The position numbers were made by a program, and so were the translations under genes. The notes under the pieces were generated by a model that saw only the letters and a program-made list of their open reading frames with translations, did not search any database and had not been told where the DNA came from. Positions 1 to 12,838 of a DNA stretch of 64,000 nt are shown here, in pieces. How positions within the stretch are numbered: the first letter of the stretch is position 1; the number at the start of each line of letters is the position of its first letter. The stretch is from Tubulanus polymorphus (taxonomy: Eukaryota > Animalia > Nemertea): contig NC_134030.1 of the NCBI RefSeq assembly GCF_964204645.1, positions 13,944,656 to 14,008,655 of the forward strand. Reading direction: 5' to 3'.

Positions 1-15
1 GACACGATGTTTAAA

Positions 16-805
16 CCACAGGGGTTTGGCGATGGGCTTGGATTTTATTTCCGGGTTGTTGATAATCTCGCGAGAATGGCGCTAAATATGAACTGCGAAT
101 AAATTCAAAATATCACGGAAATACCTTGTGTTTATATTGTTTATTTATCCGCTATAAAGTTTCGATAAACAATTGGTCGTTAAGGATCATTATCAGACGG
201 TCGTCACGCTACTATATAAAAGAACAAGAGATGAAACGCCTTCAGAGTTGTGCCAGCCAGAAAGTTGAGACAGTCACGTGACTTAACGCTTCTTATTTGA
301 CTGAACGCGAACCTGAAGCATATAAGATGGAAACTATGATACGAAAAATATTTGAGAATAACTTACATTCAAATGCATTTTTTTACTATGAATTATATAT
401 TTCGTCATAATTTATTCCTTATAAGTTATTTATTTCATATGAATCATAATCTGACAATTGATATTGGTCTGTGAATATGTTAACTTTTCGTGTTGAAGTT
501 TTAAATGCGATGACGTCATCAGAATGTCACGTGACTGTCCCAACTTTCTGGCTGAAAATTTAAGTACAGCGGAGGCCTGGCGTTTCATCCCTTGTGGTTT
601 TATATAGTAAAGCGTGACGACCGCCTGATAATGATTCTTAACGACCAATTGTTTACCGAAACTTTATAGCGGATAAATAAACAATATAAACACAAGGTAT
701 TTCCGTGATATTTTGAATTTATTCGCAGTTCATATTTAGCGCCATTCTCGCGAGATTATCAACAACCCGTAAATAAAATCCAAGCCCATCACCAAACCCC
801 TGTGG
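16..805. mobile_element. Non-autonomous foldback/MITE-like DNA transposon with ~270-bp TIRs (CCACAGGGG...CCCCTGTGG)
   Basis: 16-~282 is the near-perfect reverse complement of ~527-805; TTTAAA flanks both ends (10-15, 806-811); no credible ORF. Confidence 0.85.
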
Positions 806-811
806 TTTAAA

Positions 812-921
812 CACCACGAAAATACGGTTGATTTATCGGTACGGTACATCCTCCCTCGACAGGGATTCGAACCTGATGGCATCGCTACACGCAGCCACGG
901 CACGAAGGCCCGCCACACTAG
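812..921 (-). mobile_element. tRNA-derived SINE head, interrupted by the 16-805 element
   Basis: Minus strand has an A-box-like TAGTGTGGCGG and a B-box GGTTCGAATCC; no complete cloverleaf seen. Confidence 0.5.
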
Positions 922-1198
922 TGGGGATGATGCAGATATAATGTTGATGGTGGTGTTGAATTTGATGATCACAAGAATAGAGATGGTGTAGATTGGGATG
1001 ACAGCCATGATGCTGGTGATCCGATCATCCAGTCGTCCAGTCGACCAGTTATCCAGCCATCCAGTCACCTGGTACATTATGCCACCTGCGTAAAATCTCA
1101 GGTCAAAATGAAGAACCAAATCACTACCAACGTACTGATACGAATCAATCATTCATATTTTCATGTCAAGTATCTAATATACATAGGGTTATTTCTAG

Positions 1199-1421
1199 CA
1201 CGATGGCATTTTGCGTGGATCGAAACGAGGCTCGGCGAGAGAGTTGGTGGCGAATAAAAAGAAGTCGGGGACTACCGGCGCGTGGCAGGTCGGCCCGAAA
1301 TTATCCGTACCGACAACACCGAACAAAAATAGTGCTTCAAGTACTCCTCAACGTTCAACGAGTTTTACACTTGACGATCCCAACACAGTTGAATTCGGCC
1401 GACATTACGAGGACAAAGCAG
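1199..1421 (+). CDS. Possible upstream coding exon (Ser/Thr-rich cytoplasmic loop) of the SLC20 gene
   Basis: tttctag acceptor ending at 1198 and CAG|GTAATT donor at 1421/1422; open frame KKKSGTTGAWQVGPKLSVPTTPNKNSASSTPQRSTSF. Its phase does not join 8805 directly, so another exon would be needed. Confidence 0.35.
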
Positions 1422-2259
1422 GTAATTATCCTTTACAATCGATTGATTTATTCTAATCGAATCTGACACGAAATTGATGTACTAGTATATTTTTTCGTTA
1501 GAATTCACAATTTCCACACTCAATTGTGGTCTCATCAATAGCTTATAGACTCGGGTCAATGAATAGTCATTTACCATATCGACCTTTTGAAAATTAAAAT
1601 TACTGGTGATTTTAAATTCTAGGTCGTCTTGAGAGAAAACGACAAGAAAATGAAATAGTTTCTATCAATCGCGCAGTAAGTTGAGGTTGTCGTCCAACAT
1701 TGTATATTTCCCTGTCGTTTACACCACGGTATCGGTATGCAGTGGATAGGAGCCCCGTTGATGATACGCTGTTTTACAGTATTCCAAATTCTGTATCATT
1801 TATAGCGGTAGTCCGATTTTACTCAGTCGTTACTGTTTGTATCTCTGCTTTTGCATGCAGACAGGCATTTCACACAGTTCGCATCCTGCACAGGCAATAC
1901 TAATGTCCTTTTTTTGGTCAATCTAGAAAAAATGTATACTCGAAATATTATATAACTTGTAACTATTTACAGATTTAAAGTATCTTAAACAATAATTATA
2001 ATTTATTGAATCAAAAACTTTTAATGTTTCTCCCGACGTATACTTCCACATAGCCCGGTACAGCATGTGACGTATTCTCTCGTCACATTATTCCACCGAG
2101 CTATGTAAAGGGTTTGTACGTATGTTATACCTCAAGTATCGGGCCAAAACGTCCTCATGTCAAAACCACATGGGCTCGTCACGATAGTTGGGGGTCCAAA
2201 ATCAAAGATTTGACCCAGTATCCTAGGTACCACTTGTCAAAAAAGAAAAGGGAAGAAAA

Positions 2260-3693
2260 GGCCACACCAAAAAAAATCCTGTTTCTCGGGCGGGGCAATC
2301 ACCAAAATGGGTAGGTCGGAAGGGAATTTTTTTTTCTTTTTATAGTGTCAAAAAATCTTTACTTTTGTCTTGTTCATTCACATTTGCAATATTCCAATAT
2401 CATTTGGGGGAACGCTTGTATTTCGAATTTACAACCTTAACTTGTACTTCGAAAAGAGGCAATTAGGATTATAACACGCTCGGATTGGCTCGAGCATACC
2501 TCGCCGATCTTTAAGAAATTGGGTATTCCAAAACTGCATGATATTTATAAACTTCAATTGGTCACATTTGTTTTTTCACAGTTACATAATTTGTTGCCCT
2601 CAGTTTTTAAAGAGTTTCTCTATTTTCGCAATGTTACTTGTAATAGGTGGTCCTCACGTCGACCCAAAAACCTGCACATCGAGTTCGCTTAACTGAATCT
2701 CAGAATTAACTCGATCAAAATTCAAGGACCTAAACATTGGAATGCACTGCCAACTAAACTAAAATCTATAAGTCAACTAAATACTTTCACCAAATCCCTT
2801 CAATCGTATCTAATTAGTAATTACTGAGCCCATTAGCATGTTAGCCTTTGGTTTTTGTTCGTTTTTTTTATCATAATATATCTAATTACTTTTGATTAGA
2901 TTTATTATGCTACTTTTTCAGTATGATTGTGTAACGAGTGAATGATTGCTGTGAGAGGGTGTGAGGTGTGTATGTTGTGGAGGGGAAAGGACTTGTTTAA
3001 GCCGTTAATTTGGCTTTTCCTAAGCCCTCGCATAATTTATTGCTACACTGTTTATATTATACATGTATACCTAAATGCTTTGTTTCAATCTATTATGTGA
3101 ATAAATACTTATACTTATACTTATAGAAAAAAAAAAATTTCGGGTATTCTTCTGACAGTGGGTAGGTCGCCGTAAATAATTTTTTACGGGACCAAATTTC
3201 CAGTTAAAGATATGATTAGCAGCTAGACGACCACAATAATAAAGGGAAGTTGATGTTTATGTATTATATTTCACACTTGGAAACTGTTTATAAAAAGAAA
3301 AACATCAAAATCTTGAATAGGCGTATAATATATTGTATACGGAATTCCTGGAATTTAACAATCCAAGGTCGTCATCAATATCTGATTAGCAACGTTGTCT
3401 GAGCACACAAGTACCATATCCAGAATAAAATTGTTAAATCCGATGTAATAAGATATTTTTATCATGTCCTCTCGGTGCCGACATCACGATTTCACGAAAA
3501 AGATAAAAAATTTACGAGAATGGAGAGCTTTGTAGTCGGTCGGCCACATATATATTTTTGAAAATAGTTATTTCATCCACAATTTTGAAATAGGTTCGGT
3601 AGGCAATTTTATTTTTTTCGGAAATTATTATTTGAAATGACGATATATCGGGTCGGTCGGGCCCGTGAAACAGGGTTTTCTTTTGGTGTGGCC
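2260..3693. mobile_element. PIF/Harbinger-like MITE (GGCCACACCAAAA TIR)
   Basis: ~32-bp TIRs at 2260-2291 and 3661-3693 with GGCC ends; TAA on the right flank, left TSD degenerate. Confidence 0.65.
2657..3124 (+). mobile_element. 5'-truncated CR1/L2-group LINE (ORF2 C-terminus plus 3' UTR)
   Basis: Translates RRPKNLHIEFA*LNLRINSIKIQGPKHWNALPTKLKSISQLNTFTKSLQSYLISNY* (typical GP.xWN.LP end); ends AATAAA+(TACTTA)n. Confidence 0.75.
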
Positions 3694-6600
3694 TAACATT
3701 ATGACATACAAGAATTGACCGTCTCATTTCAATCGCTCATAACTTCGTAACCTATCGACTGATTCGCACGAAATCAGCTTCGTTTCATTTCTAAGAGGTT
3801 ACTTTTTCGTTTGAGACTTTTCCCGACTTAATTGGTCGAGAGACACCCGATAAATCACGACTCAAACCCGAAAAAAACGAGTCAAAATAGCCAAAGCCAG
3901 AATTACTAGGACGTCTCGGAGTAGTCGATTTCGGACGAAAAACGATGAGTTGACGCGGTTCCCGGACGTAAATCATCACATATCATACATCCCTGGAAAG
4001 CTTATGAACTGACCTTATTGAAAAATGCGTTGATTTGATAATCCGTTCCGATACCGGCGAGTGGCGAGCTGATAATCCAGATTGATGCGATAAATACGAT
4101 TTCCAAGTGCATTCCGGCCGCCATTAACTGCGTGACGTCATGAGAAATCCCAGCATGCAACGCTAGCTAATTAACATATTCAGTCGACCAATCACGTATC
4201 GCAAATTTTTCAGTCCTTAGAGACCGTGACGTCACACCATCAATGGCGGTTCAGTGACGCTTAAAGTGCGTATTAATCGGATCGATCTGGATTGTGTCGA
4301 CGGTCAATTCTTGTATGTCAAAATGTTAGCTCCGTTTTCTTTTTTTATAGGTGGTACCTAGGATACTGGGTCAAATATTTGATTTTAGACCCCCAGCTAT
4401 CGTGACGAGCCCCTGTGGTAAAAACGTCCTCGCATACCCGGTGAAAACGTCCTCGCTTTTGTCGGTCAAAACGTCCTCACTTTCGTCAGTCAAAACGTCC
4501 TCACTCACGCCAGAATAACTTTATCATACAATAAATTCCGTCAGTGCATATAGTTATTACTACTGTTAAATCCGAGTTATAAGCTAAATATATGACCTTG
4601 GCGTATGAGGCAGTCGATCAATATTTACAAAAACAGAAAATAAAAGTATTCAAAACATAAGACAAACGTTATTTACAACATACTAATTACATACTATCGG
4701 AGGAGGGGTCTAAATACATCTAAAAAAGTTCAGATTTTTTAAAACATCAAGGTTCCTAAAGGTGCCGCCCTCTCCCCACTACTGTTGATTGGGCTGTTGA
4801 GTGTGGGAGAGGACATAGGCCCCTAATACAGACAAGGACGTTTTGACCGGAGGACGTTTTGGCGCGAGGACGTTTTGACATGAGGACGTTTTGACCGTAA
4901 TTCCTACCTCACGGCGCTATGTTTACAACTTGAACTTACCAGAGCTCAAAGCTGCTGCTATATCCAGCCTCCCTACGTAGATACCTACGTCACTCTCACC
5001 TATCTTCTACTCAATGTCTTATGTGCGACGTAAACCTTTGCGTAGGTTGTTTACTAACCGCAGCCACTGCCCCGAACTCTGGCTTCCTTTCCCGTTACTA
5101 ATTTATCACCCCAATAGCACGACGTTTCGATCTCACCCTAGGGGTTATCGTCGCACGTTCTCTCTCCACGTTTGATTGTGGCTATTCCACCACTTGAAAT
5201 TTTGTTTTTTCTGTAGAAATACTTTCGAGCACCTCTCATCAGCTTAAATATATACATTTTATCTTGTACGCGGAGTTAGTGTCACCTGTGAATGCAGGAG
5301 TGAATTACGCGTGTTCTAACTAAACGACACCACATGATTTTCCATGGATTATTTGTTTGTTTGTATTGAAACGTTTTAAAGATCCATGCCGGCACTTACA
5401 GGGAAAGTATTCTATAAACGACGGAAAGTAGGTGACCTAAGACATGGTTCCAAGCAAGATTCTATTTCTAGAACAGGCCTGCAGTTTTATTCCACGACAA
5501 CGCGTCGCATCCAAATAGTTAACGCGCCGCCGCAACACGCCACGGCAACGCGCCGCGTCGAAGCACCGTTTTGGACTAAGCCGTGGTCTAATGATGGGAG
5601 GATGAGTTTCATTGTTCTTGAGTTTTATTGTCTTATACGGATTTTCTTGTCACTTGGTATGTGGATTGAAGGCATGAGACGGGTGAACTCTACCGTTTTC
5701 GATGTAAGTAGGTTGTCCAAATGGCCGCCACAGTTAAATCGGTGTCTTAAATAGCCGATTTGGAGCTTGTTACTATTCTAAGGTGTAGATTTTTTTGCTG
5801 ATTTTCTTTATACTTGAATGGTGGTCTTATGATCGGAGGGAATGAGCCCAATTTTTGACATATAGATTTAACGAAAGCAACCAAATTTCTGTATGAAGTA
5901 GCATTTTGGATGTCGTTCTTGCTGTAGAATTTATAGCTTTTCGTATAACTTGCTATGTGTATTAAAGGTTGGAGAGGAGTTTGACGCGTATACGTTATCA
6001 GTCATATTGAAACTCATTTTGTGAGATGAAACTTAGTGTTAAGAATACGTACCCTATCACAATCTTGAATTCTCTACATGACTCACTCACTGGCCGAGGT
6101 GTATTCTCTACGTATGTCTAGTTATTGAATGATATTGATTAGATATGTAATAATATATATTTATATCAGTAAGTTTTGTAAATATTGCTAAATGTGGGTT
6201 TTCATATTAAAGGGTCAAGCAGAAAGAAAATAAAGGAAACCATAAAGAGTTTAATACAAAATACCAATTTTCAAACCTATGTAATTTAGATTAATACAAA
6301 TTGTTTCATCTTTTAGATTAATTAATTCGTAAAAAATATGAAATATCTATTTTGATATATATGTTTTAACGTTAGATGAAAATTGTGTGTTTTTGAAATT
6401 ATGGTTATTTCTGAATGATTAAAAATTTTTTTCTTCGTCCTTTGAGTATGAAAACCCACATTTACCAGTACTGCTTTTGATCTCTTCATACATTTTCTTG
6501 GCATTGCCTTCATGTTGACAGACTCAACAATTTTTTTCTTATTATTAAGGGTCTTATGTAGGTGTTGATATAAAAATTTTATCAAAATTTACCTCCGTAT

Positions 6601-7284
6601 ATGAATATCTTCCGTGTAAATATTCATTTAGATAACTAACCAATATTTCAAATGAAGTAGATAAAACATGCTGATATCTAATTAATCATAATAATTTATA
6701 AATTCTATAGGATAGGCTCATTGGAATATAGGTAATAATGCTGGTGGTAAAAATGCCATAGGGAGGAATGCCACTACAAAAAAATGCCAGGGGTAAACAG
6801 ATTAGAGGAAAATCATAATACACGTGAAATGCTAGGAGGAAATATGCAGATGATTAAGCAAACATGAAAATTTATTAACATTGGACATGATATTCTTATT
6901 TACACTAGATGTCATATATTGAATGCACAGTTTAGATATAAAATACTTCTAAATAAACCTAATTGAAATTAAAAGTGAATCAGTAATTTATTTCTAAAAA
7001 GTTACTCATAGGCAATTGAGACAAGAGAACATTCACACTGGACAATATGATTATGGCATCTAGATACAACACATTTCTCGATTATTGGAAACTGGAAAAT
7101 TAATTGAATTAAAATGAATTTGGTTGAGACATAACATATTTCTAGATCAATGAATTTCTTGTTGTAATTCATAATAACCAATGAACAATTAAATGAATAG
7201 TTTATCAGAAGATTTTGAGAAAACTAGTTTGTTATGATGTATAGAATCAAAAGTTGTGCTGAAAACATTAGACTAGATATCTGG

Positions 7285-8179
7285 TTTTTGTGCCAACCGT
7301 AGGCTGAGCCGATTACTATACAAATGGAGCGAATTTAAATGACATGGTTTCCTGAGTAATGGCTCTTTGACTGTGCGACTGAGCATATATTCATACAAAT
7401 CATTCATTAGAGCGTTATCCACTCTCCAACCCCCATGAAGCTGAATTTTGAAAGAGGACATCGTTGAAATTTATATTAGTTTTTTCGCAAATATCTGATG
7501 GCAAAGATTTCTGTTTTAAAAAAGTCAATCAGAAAGCAAAGACTCCTCTATGATTGGCTTAGCCGCAGAGATCAGCAGGTGTTCACGTGAACCCGCGGTA
7601 TCGTCTACCGTTGACTTCCGGGTTTTATTTTAAGATCCAAAATTGTATTTCAATAACGATTTCTGTGAAATCTTTAGTTAATTTGGTTTTTGGGAGGAAT
7701 ATTTTTATTTGCACTACAGAAAATATAATTGACAATTGTGCAAAGTCCGGGAAAATAGCTTTTTCTCAAATCGGATTGGATGACCTTGATATGCCAATTA
7801 GCCATGTGCTCAAACTGCAGATTCAATCAAGTTTTATTCTGAAAAAAATATAAAATCCAATTCAATTTTACTTTATTGAACAAAGTTTATCAGCAATTTT
7901 GTTTTATGGAGCAAATTTAAGAACATTCAGTTCTATTCCGCATTCAAATGAATAAGACCAAGGGAAAAGATTTATCTGAGGTATTTGCTCCTGCCAGCTC
8001 CAGTCACTGTCTGTGCTACTTATGATAACACGATTGAATTGTGTAAATCATTAGCCTGGGATTGACTATTCTATGAGCTGGGAATGTATTTGGACAAATT
8101 TAAAACCCACAGAATGCATCATTTGCCATTTTACGAAAAGCTGACAGGCTGGCCATAGTGCCCCTTGGGGCTCTTGTTT
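7285..8179 (+). mobile_element. Helentron-associated non-autonomous element (HINE/DINE-like)
   Basis: 5' GCCAACCGTAGGCTG hairpin/subTIR; 3' CAGGCTGGCC subTIR, GCCCCTTGGGGC hairpin and CTTGTTT; both ends match the copy at 21022-23255 (-). Confidence 0.75.
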
Positions 8180-8804
8180 GTTTTAATTTTGGAAATGAAT
8201 ATACGGATAAAGTGCATACTATTTCCTTCTGGCATTTTAGACCCCTAACATTTTCACCTCTGGCATTATTATCGCGTGTAGGCACATTGGTACCGTATCT
8301 GAGGATCCAAATGGCTCTAAAGCCTTTCATTTTAAATGCCACTACCGTCAAGATCTATGAAATAACGATCAACACTCTACTTCATATCTTCTTTCCGTAG
8401 AATGGAAACTCCTTTAGAGCATTTTGTAGATACGATTGTTGCCAATCAGAAAAAATTCATAAACTGTAGATTTGGCAGTGGCGGCCATCTTAGATAACCT
8501 TAAAGCAGATTCTACTTTTTACCCACCCGAAACCTGCAAACCAAGTAGTATGAGAAATCGGTTGAAAACTACAAAAGACTGACGAGTGGGAAAAAGGCTT
8601 TTTACATACTTCTATGGCCCTGACGGCTATCCAAGATGACCTTCATATAGGTCAAAAATATTGGGCAAATCGTCCTCCATATATCACCCGTAGAGCGGGA
8701 ACAAGGCATGCACGACTGCTCGCCTGCCCATCTTAGTTAATTAGACTTACACCTAGTCCTTGAGATTTTCACCTTTTCTGTTTGTTTTTTTTTTTTCATT
8801 TCAG

Positions 8805-8926
8805 GTTCAACGGTTGAAGTCACGTGCCCTAATCACTGATACTTTAGAAGCTCGATTTCTGTTCTCGACTTTACAAATACTCACATCAGTGTTCGGAGGT
8901 TTTGCGCATGGTGGTAATGACGTCAG
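8805..8926 (+). CDS. SLC20A: SLC20/PiT Na-phosphate transporter exon (start of second PHO4 repeat)
   Basis: LFSTLQILTSVFGGFAHGGNDV(S) signature; polypyrimidine+CAG acceptor, AG|GTATG phase-2 donor. Confidence 0.95.
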
Positions 8927-11186
8927 GTATGGATTTGCAAATTTCTGGGTGAATATAAATCGACATAATGCAGGGACCCAAGCGATGGGTGGTGTTGCCC
9001 TTTAGATACCTCCAGAAAAATTCAGGATCTACTTTCGAAATAAAAAAAAATTGTATAAGCCCATTGACCCAAACCCTAATAACTTGTTATATCACTCACA
9101 ACCACCTTTTTTATATTTTCGTCGATCCGGGTAGTTAGACATTTGAAAACATTTTTGCTTTTTCCAAATGTATGTGATGGCGCATGATTTCTCTATCGCT
9201 TCACTCAGATGTAAAGGATACAAAGCTTACACAAAACTACGTGCTACTCTAAAATTATCTCGTTTAGAGTCGATTGATTAAATTTTAAAAGCCATTCTTA
9301 TTTGAAAAATTCCAATCGATCGAGGGCAACATGGGATCCAAACGCGCTGGGCTGACTTACTTAATCAGATCCCCTGCAATAGGCCTACTGACTCGCATGC
9401 GAATGTATGTCGTACGATGCAGTGTTAGCGTATAGTTACAGCGTACGACTAACGCACAGATCAAATATTCGACTCTCGCCTGAGGAATTGTACTTTACAA
9501 GGAGGAATTATACTTTGAGGAATACTATACACTTTTTACACATTAAATAATACAAATTTATACATGGTCCACTATATTCACGGGCAATTATAACCGCTCT
9601 ACATAGGTCTATTTATATCCGTGTTACGTGCAGCAACCACAGGCACAGGACATCGTCAGTACGCCCTATTCCATGATGTGACACTCAATTTACGGGCAAT
9701 TGCACTGTGTTGACTGCAGCATTCATGGGCATAGATATTCAGTGCGATCTTTTTGGTGATCATTGTGATTTCCCACTTTAGTTTTTCTTTAATTTTCTGA
9801 AAAACTGTAACAAAACACATAACAAGAAAATTAATTTTGAATATAGCTGCCAAGCAGCGATGACGGGTTTTCTGCAAAGCCATTCAGAATGATGGGAATT
9901 GTAGTGAATTGAAATATCGATACATAGAATAAAATGCATTGACAGATTCGAACCTAATATGCAACCACTGTGTAAACGTCAAATATGATTCAGCTTTGAA
10001 ACCGAACATGCGCGGACGTACAATCAACGAATATTGATTTATTTGACCAGGCATTTATTTTGGCATTCAAACATCATGATACTGTATTATCAACATGCTT
10101 TAAAATGGATCTGTCCTATTAAGAACTCATCTTAAGCAACTGCTGAGTCGATAGATTGAGTGAACTTACAGATAAGAACGTATTGTGATTTAGAATAGAT
10201 TAAATAAGTTAATCTCTTTATTGAAATATTTGAATAAATACATATATTGTAGTGTAGATTCAATCTATAAATTATGAATTGATTTGGTCTGGGTTTCCGG
10301 CTGATGTTGATTTTGGCTTTATTTATGGATTACAAATTCTATAGTGATAAACAATTGATACCTGCAACATGTGTGTAAATCAAACCTATTTCACTAGTTG
10401 CGTGTGTTTCCTAATAAACGGGAGAGTCACTCTTGATCTGAGTTATTAGAAAAATAATGTTCATTTAGTTATAGAAATTCATTGCCTTTTTGGAAATTCT
10501 GTAATAATATTTGATCTGTCCTAATTTTTATTACTGTATGAACCAATGATATGCTTTGTAAGTATGATGTAATAAAATAAATTTGAATTTGAATTAAATT
10601 TGAACATGAGAATCAAGCATAACATTTTGTGTGTTTTTTCAACTTGTCTTACTTGTCTTTTATTAACAGTTCCATAGTTTCAATTACAATCAAATCCAAA
10701 TTGGCTAAAAAGTACATATGACTAAATGAAATGAACTGTTAGTCACTGCAAACCTATTCCAGTGTTATATCGATCGTGTTGAATCACTTTCCTTGAGTTG
10801 AAAGAATCAGATCTTCTATGGTGCAACATCGGTCGAAGAGAGATATCTTCATTGGTGTTGACTGTCCTTGACCATCTAACTTCATGCGTTTGACATTGGA
10901 ATCAGCCATCATACCCATTTGAACTGCAAAATATTCATACAACATTAAAACCTATCATTCTGACCCCGTTCAAGTGGCCAAGGTGTCCCAGAACTCCTCA
11001 TTTTTGAGGCTGAAACTAGCAAGCAAATATGTTCCGGCGTGTTGAACGACCGACTTTTGCAGGAGAACACATATCAATTGACGTTAGCAGTATATCACAA
11101 AGTTAAGTGTTGGCTGGATGTCTGAACTTCAGGAATCCTCCATTTCTCGTCTTTTAATAGGAACCTTCTTCTTTTATACATTACAG

Positions 11187-11372
11187 CAATGCTATTGGGC
11201 CGTTGATTGGTTTATGGATTGTAGCGCAGACCGGAAATGTCACCCAGAATGCCCCGACTCCGATATGGCTCTTATTCTATGGTGGAGCTGGTATAATCGT
11301 AGGTCTCTGGCTCTGGGGACGTAGAGTAATCAAAACAATGGGTGAAGATCTGACCAAATTGACTCCGTCTAG
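11187..11372 (+). CDS. SLC20A: SLC20/PiT transporter penultimate exon
   Basis: [10 protein letters not shown]...[35 protein letters not shown]; AG/GT boundaries and phases match both neighbouring exons. Confidence 0.95.
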
Positions 11373-11492
11373 GTACGAAATAACGATAAACAATTATGAG
11401 ATGTAGAAAACTAGATTATTTCATTGATTTATGAATATCGCATTCCGGGGTGTCATGCTTGAGTTTCTATCATTATCTCACATGCCGTTTAA

Positions 11493-12480
11493 TTTTTAGC
11501 CAACTTGAGACGGCTATTGCGTTCACTTCTCGCCCGTCCGTCCGTAGATGGAATCCAGTTATTTTGGGAAGTTTATTGAAGACGCTCCAATGTAATGCCT
11601 TGATATATGATCTACACATGTATCTACCCTAGACACATCTTCCGCCCAAAAACTGGTCCGGTCAGAACCATTGTTGTTCGCAAAAATCCGCACTTTTTAC
11701 AAATTTTTCAAGTTTTTGAGGGACATTTTCAAGACGCTTCAATCAACTACCTTGATCGTTCGTTTGTATTTGTATCCCAAAGGGCCCATCTGCATGAGAA
11801 ATTTGGGGCGATTAGACTCTTGAGATGAGCGTCCTGTGACCTTTTATATTGTTCCTAACAATTACAGTTTTGTCTCGAGTCATGTAGCTTCCTACTGGTT
11901 TTTCATTTACATTTTTAAAGGGATTTTTTAATACATCAGAAGGTATTTTTGATCAGTCAATTATCACAAAAAAAGGTGGAAAAAGCTATTTAAAGAACAT
12001 ATCATGAGCTTTTAACTCAAAGTCTTGATATTTGATCAATATTGCCACTGTCATAAGATGCATCTCCTCGTATGGAAATGGAATCACCTAATTCTTTGTT
12101 CTTGCCACCAGGGGGAGTTAAATATTTACTAATATATACTTTGTCTATTTATATTGGTATCTTTGCAAATTTGCAACAATCAAAGTTGTAGCTCATTACA
12201 TTTTCTATGAATCCGGTGAGTTTCAAGGTCATTGCTTATCCTTTATGGGCACTAGAGGGCGTTGGATAGTAGAATAACGAAGTATTTCCTTATTATATTG
12301 GTACCTAGCCATATTTTATATTTGTTATCACAATCAATTGCAAATTTGTAGCTCGTGATGTACTATATGATTTTGGTGAGTTTCAAGGTCATTGGTCTTT
12401 TTACATGGTCACCAGGGGCGTTGAATATTGCAATTGCTAGAATGTGAGCATTTGAGACATTTTCCTAAGTTAGGCATGGT
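11493..12480 (+). mobile_element. Intronic HINE-like repeat
   Basis: Starts TTTTTAGC with a GTCC microsatellite; 11575-11860 is homologous (inverted) to 21530-21830; 3' end approximate. Confidence 0.55.
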
Positions 12481-12594
12481 TTCCTTGGACCCCAAGTTTG
12501 GTTGGGGTGGGCACTTTAAGTTTTGCAAGGTACTTTCAGAATGGCAAGTGGATTGAGGATGAAAAAAATATCAGCATTATTGTTTCCTTTGTAG

Positions 12595-12838
12595 TGGCTT
12601 TTGTATCGAAATAGGCTCAGCGTTAACAGTATTGATTGCTTCAAACGTCGGTATACCCATATCAACGACGCACTGTAAAGTTGGCTCGGTGGTTGCTGTC
12701 GGTCGATACCGTTCGAAGGAAAATGTCGACTGGCGTTTGTTCAGAAATATTATATTTGCTTGGATTGTAACCCTGCCGGTCTCTGGCGGTATAAGTGCAG
12801 CTGTGTTCGCTGCCCTTCGATTGATAATTGTAGCGTGA
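12595..12838 (+). CDS. SLC20A: SLC20/PiT transporter last coding exon
   Basis: [36 protein letters not shown]...[18 protein letters not shown]; TGA ends at 12838. Confidence 0.96.

Larger units (their letters stand above)
2166..4418. mobile_element. Non-autonomous TIR element with CCACA(G/T)GGG termini
   Basis: 2166-2250 plus 3694-3723 mirror 4299-4418; the left TIR is split by the 2260-3693 insertion. Confidence 0.8.
2135..4904. mobile_element. Non-autonomous DNA transposon with subterminal AAAACGTCCTC repeats (Merlin/MULE-like); outer shell of a nest
   Basis: AAAACGTCCTC copies at 2146-2156 and 4420-4505, inverted GAGGACGTTTT copies at 4835-4897; TACCTCA on both flanks is a candidate TSD. 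Confidence 0.55.

Noticed and set aside
812-921. Functional tRNA gene
   Set aside because: Only A/B-box-like motifs; no complete cloverleaf recognised.
430-1152. ORFs of 72 and 138 aa
   Set aside because: They overlap the MITE TIR and SINE; no recognisable protein.
5118-5156. Penelope-type hammerhead ribozyme on the minus strand
   Set aside because: A stem and GAAAC are present but the CUGANGA core is broken (GCGACGA).
10350-10604. LINE 3' end with AATAAA(TTTGAA)n tail
   Set aside because: The tail is suggestive but the upstream coding signal is too degraded to support a call.
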